Shown: positions 63,008-64,000 of the stretch, one piece after another
Layout of the letters: every line of letters starts with the position of its first letter
Numbering within the stretch: position 1 is the stretch's first letter
Assembly (NCBI GenBank): GCA_965248445.1
Contig: CBDFJG010000003.1
Location: 1,440,001 to 1,504,000 of the forward strand
DNA length: 64,000 bases
Direction: 5' to 3'
Origin: Planctomycetota bacterium
GTDB taxonomy: Bacteria; Planctomycetota; JAJSAM01; JAJVHW01
The notes under the pieces: generated by a model
Seen by the model: the letters and a program-made list of their open reading frames with translations, nothing else
The model's database searches: none
What the model was told of the DNA's origin: nothing
Translations under genes and position numbers: made by a program

Positions 63008-63871
63008 CTAGTCCGCTCGGCGCGGATCGCCTGCGCGCTTGCGAGACAGTTGCTCGCCGTGCGCCACCGCGCGCACGATCCGCGCCAGCTGGTCCACGCC
63101 GTCGCTGAGCGCAGCCGGTCCCGGCTGCAGGATGTAGGTGCTCTTGATCTCGTAGATCTGGTCGTCGCGCACGGCGCGCACAGCGTCCCAGCCGGGTCGC
63201 GCGACGATCTTCTCCCGCAGCACCTTCTTCCCGCACCAGGAGGCGATGACGACCTCGGGATCTCGGCGGGCGATGTCCTCCGGATCGACGATGCGTCCGG
63301 AGGCGCCCTGTTCCTCGCGGACTTCGGGGCAGATGTCCTCGCCGCCCACGATCTCCACCAGCTCCGCCACCCACCGGATGCCGGAGATCAGCGGCTCGTG
63401 CCACTCTTCGAAGAACACCCGCGGGCAGCGCGGCAGATCGGCAGCGGCCGCTGCGTGCTCCCGCAGGTTGGCCTCCAGCCGTCCGGCCAGTTCATCGCCG
63501 CGCTCCGCGAGTCCGACGAGTCCCGCAACGACACGAACGGTCTGCAGACACTCCGCAACGGAGCGCTGGTTGAAAACGTACACCGGCACCCCCCGCTTGA
63601 TCAGGTCCTGCGCGATGTCCGCCTGCAGATCGCTGAACCCCAGCACCAGGTCGGGTTCGAGAGCCAGGATCTCGTCGATCTTGGCGGTGATGAACGCGCT
63701 GATCTTGGGCTTCTCGCGCGCTTCGGGCGGCCGCACCGTGTAGCCGGAGATGCCCACCACGCGGTCCCCCGCTCCGATCGTGTAGAGGATCTCGGTCGTC
63801 TCCTCGGTCATGCAGATCACGCGCTCTGGAAAGCGGGGCGCGGACGCGAGCAGATCGTCGAGCGATTCCAC
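63008..63871 (-). CDS. BtuF-like helical-backbone binding protein without signal peptide
   Basis: PERVICM....TEILY.IGAGDRVVG, ILALEPDLV, W.PL, W..ELV..GG, QPGP. Confidence 0.82.
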   Translation of the reverse strand: MESLDDLLASAPRFPERVICMTEETTEILYTIGAGDRVVGISGYTVRPPEAREKPKISAFITAKIDEILALEPDLVLGFSDLQADIAQDLIKRGVPVYVFNQRSVAECLQTVRVVAGLVGLAERGDELAGRLEANLREHAAAAADLPRCPRVFFEEWHEPLISGIRWVAELVEIVGGEDICPEVREEQGASGRIVDPEDIARRDPEVVIASWCGKKVLREKIVARPGWDAVRAVRDDQIYEIKSTYILQPGPAALSDGVDQLARIVRAVAHGEQLSRKRAGDPRRAD

Positions 63872-64000
63872 CTAAGTGCGTTCGGTTTTCACGGCCGTTC
63901 CGTAGGCGAGCATCTCGGCCGCGCCGGCCATCACAGCGCTGGTCGTGTACCGGATGTTCACGACGGCGTCCGCGCCGAGCGTTTCCGCTTCCTGCATCAG
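63872..64000 (-). CDS. YbjQ (UPF0145) family protein, C-terminal part (runs off window end)
   Basis: Manual translation LMQEAETLGADAVVNIRYTTSAVMAGAAEMLAYGTAVK. Confidence 0.88.
   Translation of the reverse strand: MMQEAETLGADAVVNIRYTTSAVMAGAAEMLAYGTAVKTERT

Overview
A very GC-rich, gene-dense chromosomal window from a diderm bacterium (lptB present). The HEAT, vWA, zincin-like and YfhO content resembles Planctomycetota, which is an inference. Most genes are on the minus strand. Housekeeping genes include nadA (partial), dGTPase, etfAB, lptB, tRNA-Leu(GAG), an aminotransferase, a fused LeuD-LeuC-type aconitase, leuB, thiolase, crotonase, an M1 peptidase, two YfhO-like proteins and mpg. The standout accessory feature is a tandem array of three ~1,120-1,165 aa Ser/Thr kinase-STAND-type NTPase-TPR proteins (27.9-39.1 kb). 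They have conserved enzymatic cores, diversified 40-aa TPR repeats, a VALK-to-VALR change in the middle copy, and a broken DUF222/HNH-like gene between copies. Also notable are a ~9.7 kb MoxR/DUF58/SpoIIM/RDD operon carrying three B-box-like zinc-finger membrane proteins, three structured intergenic regions that are candidate ncRNAs, and many apparent leaderless promoters. Several +1 frameshifts look like sequencing errors. All family assignments come from motif recognition by eye, with no database searches, and many start codons were re-chosen relative to the ORF track.
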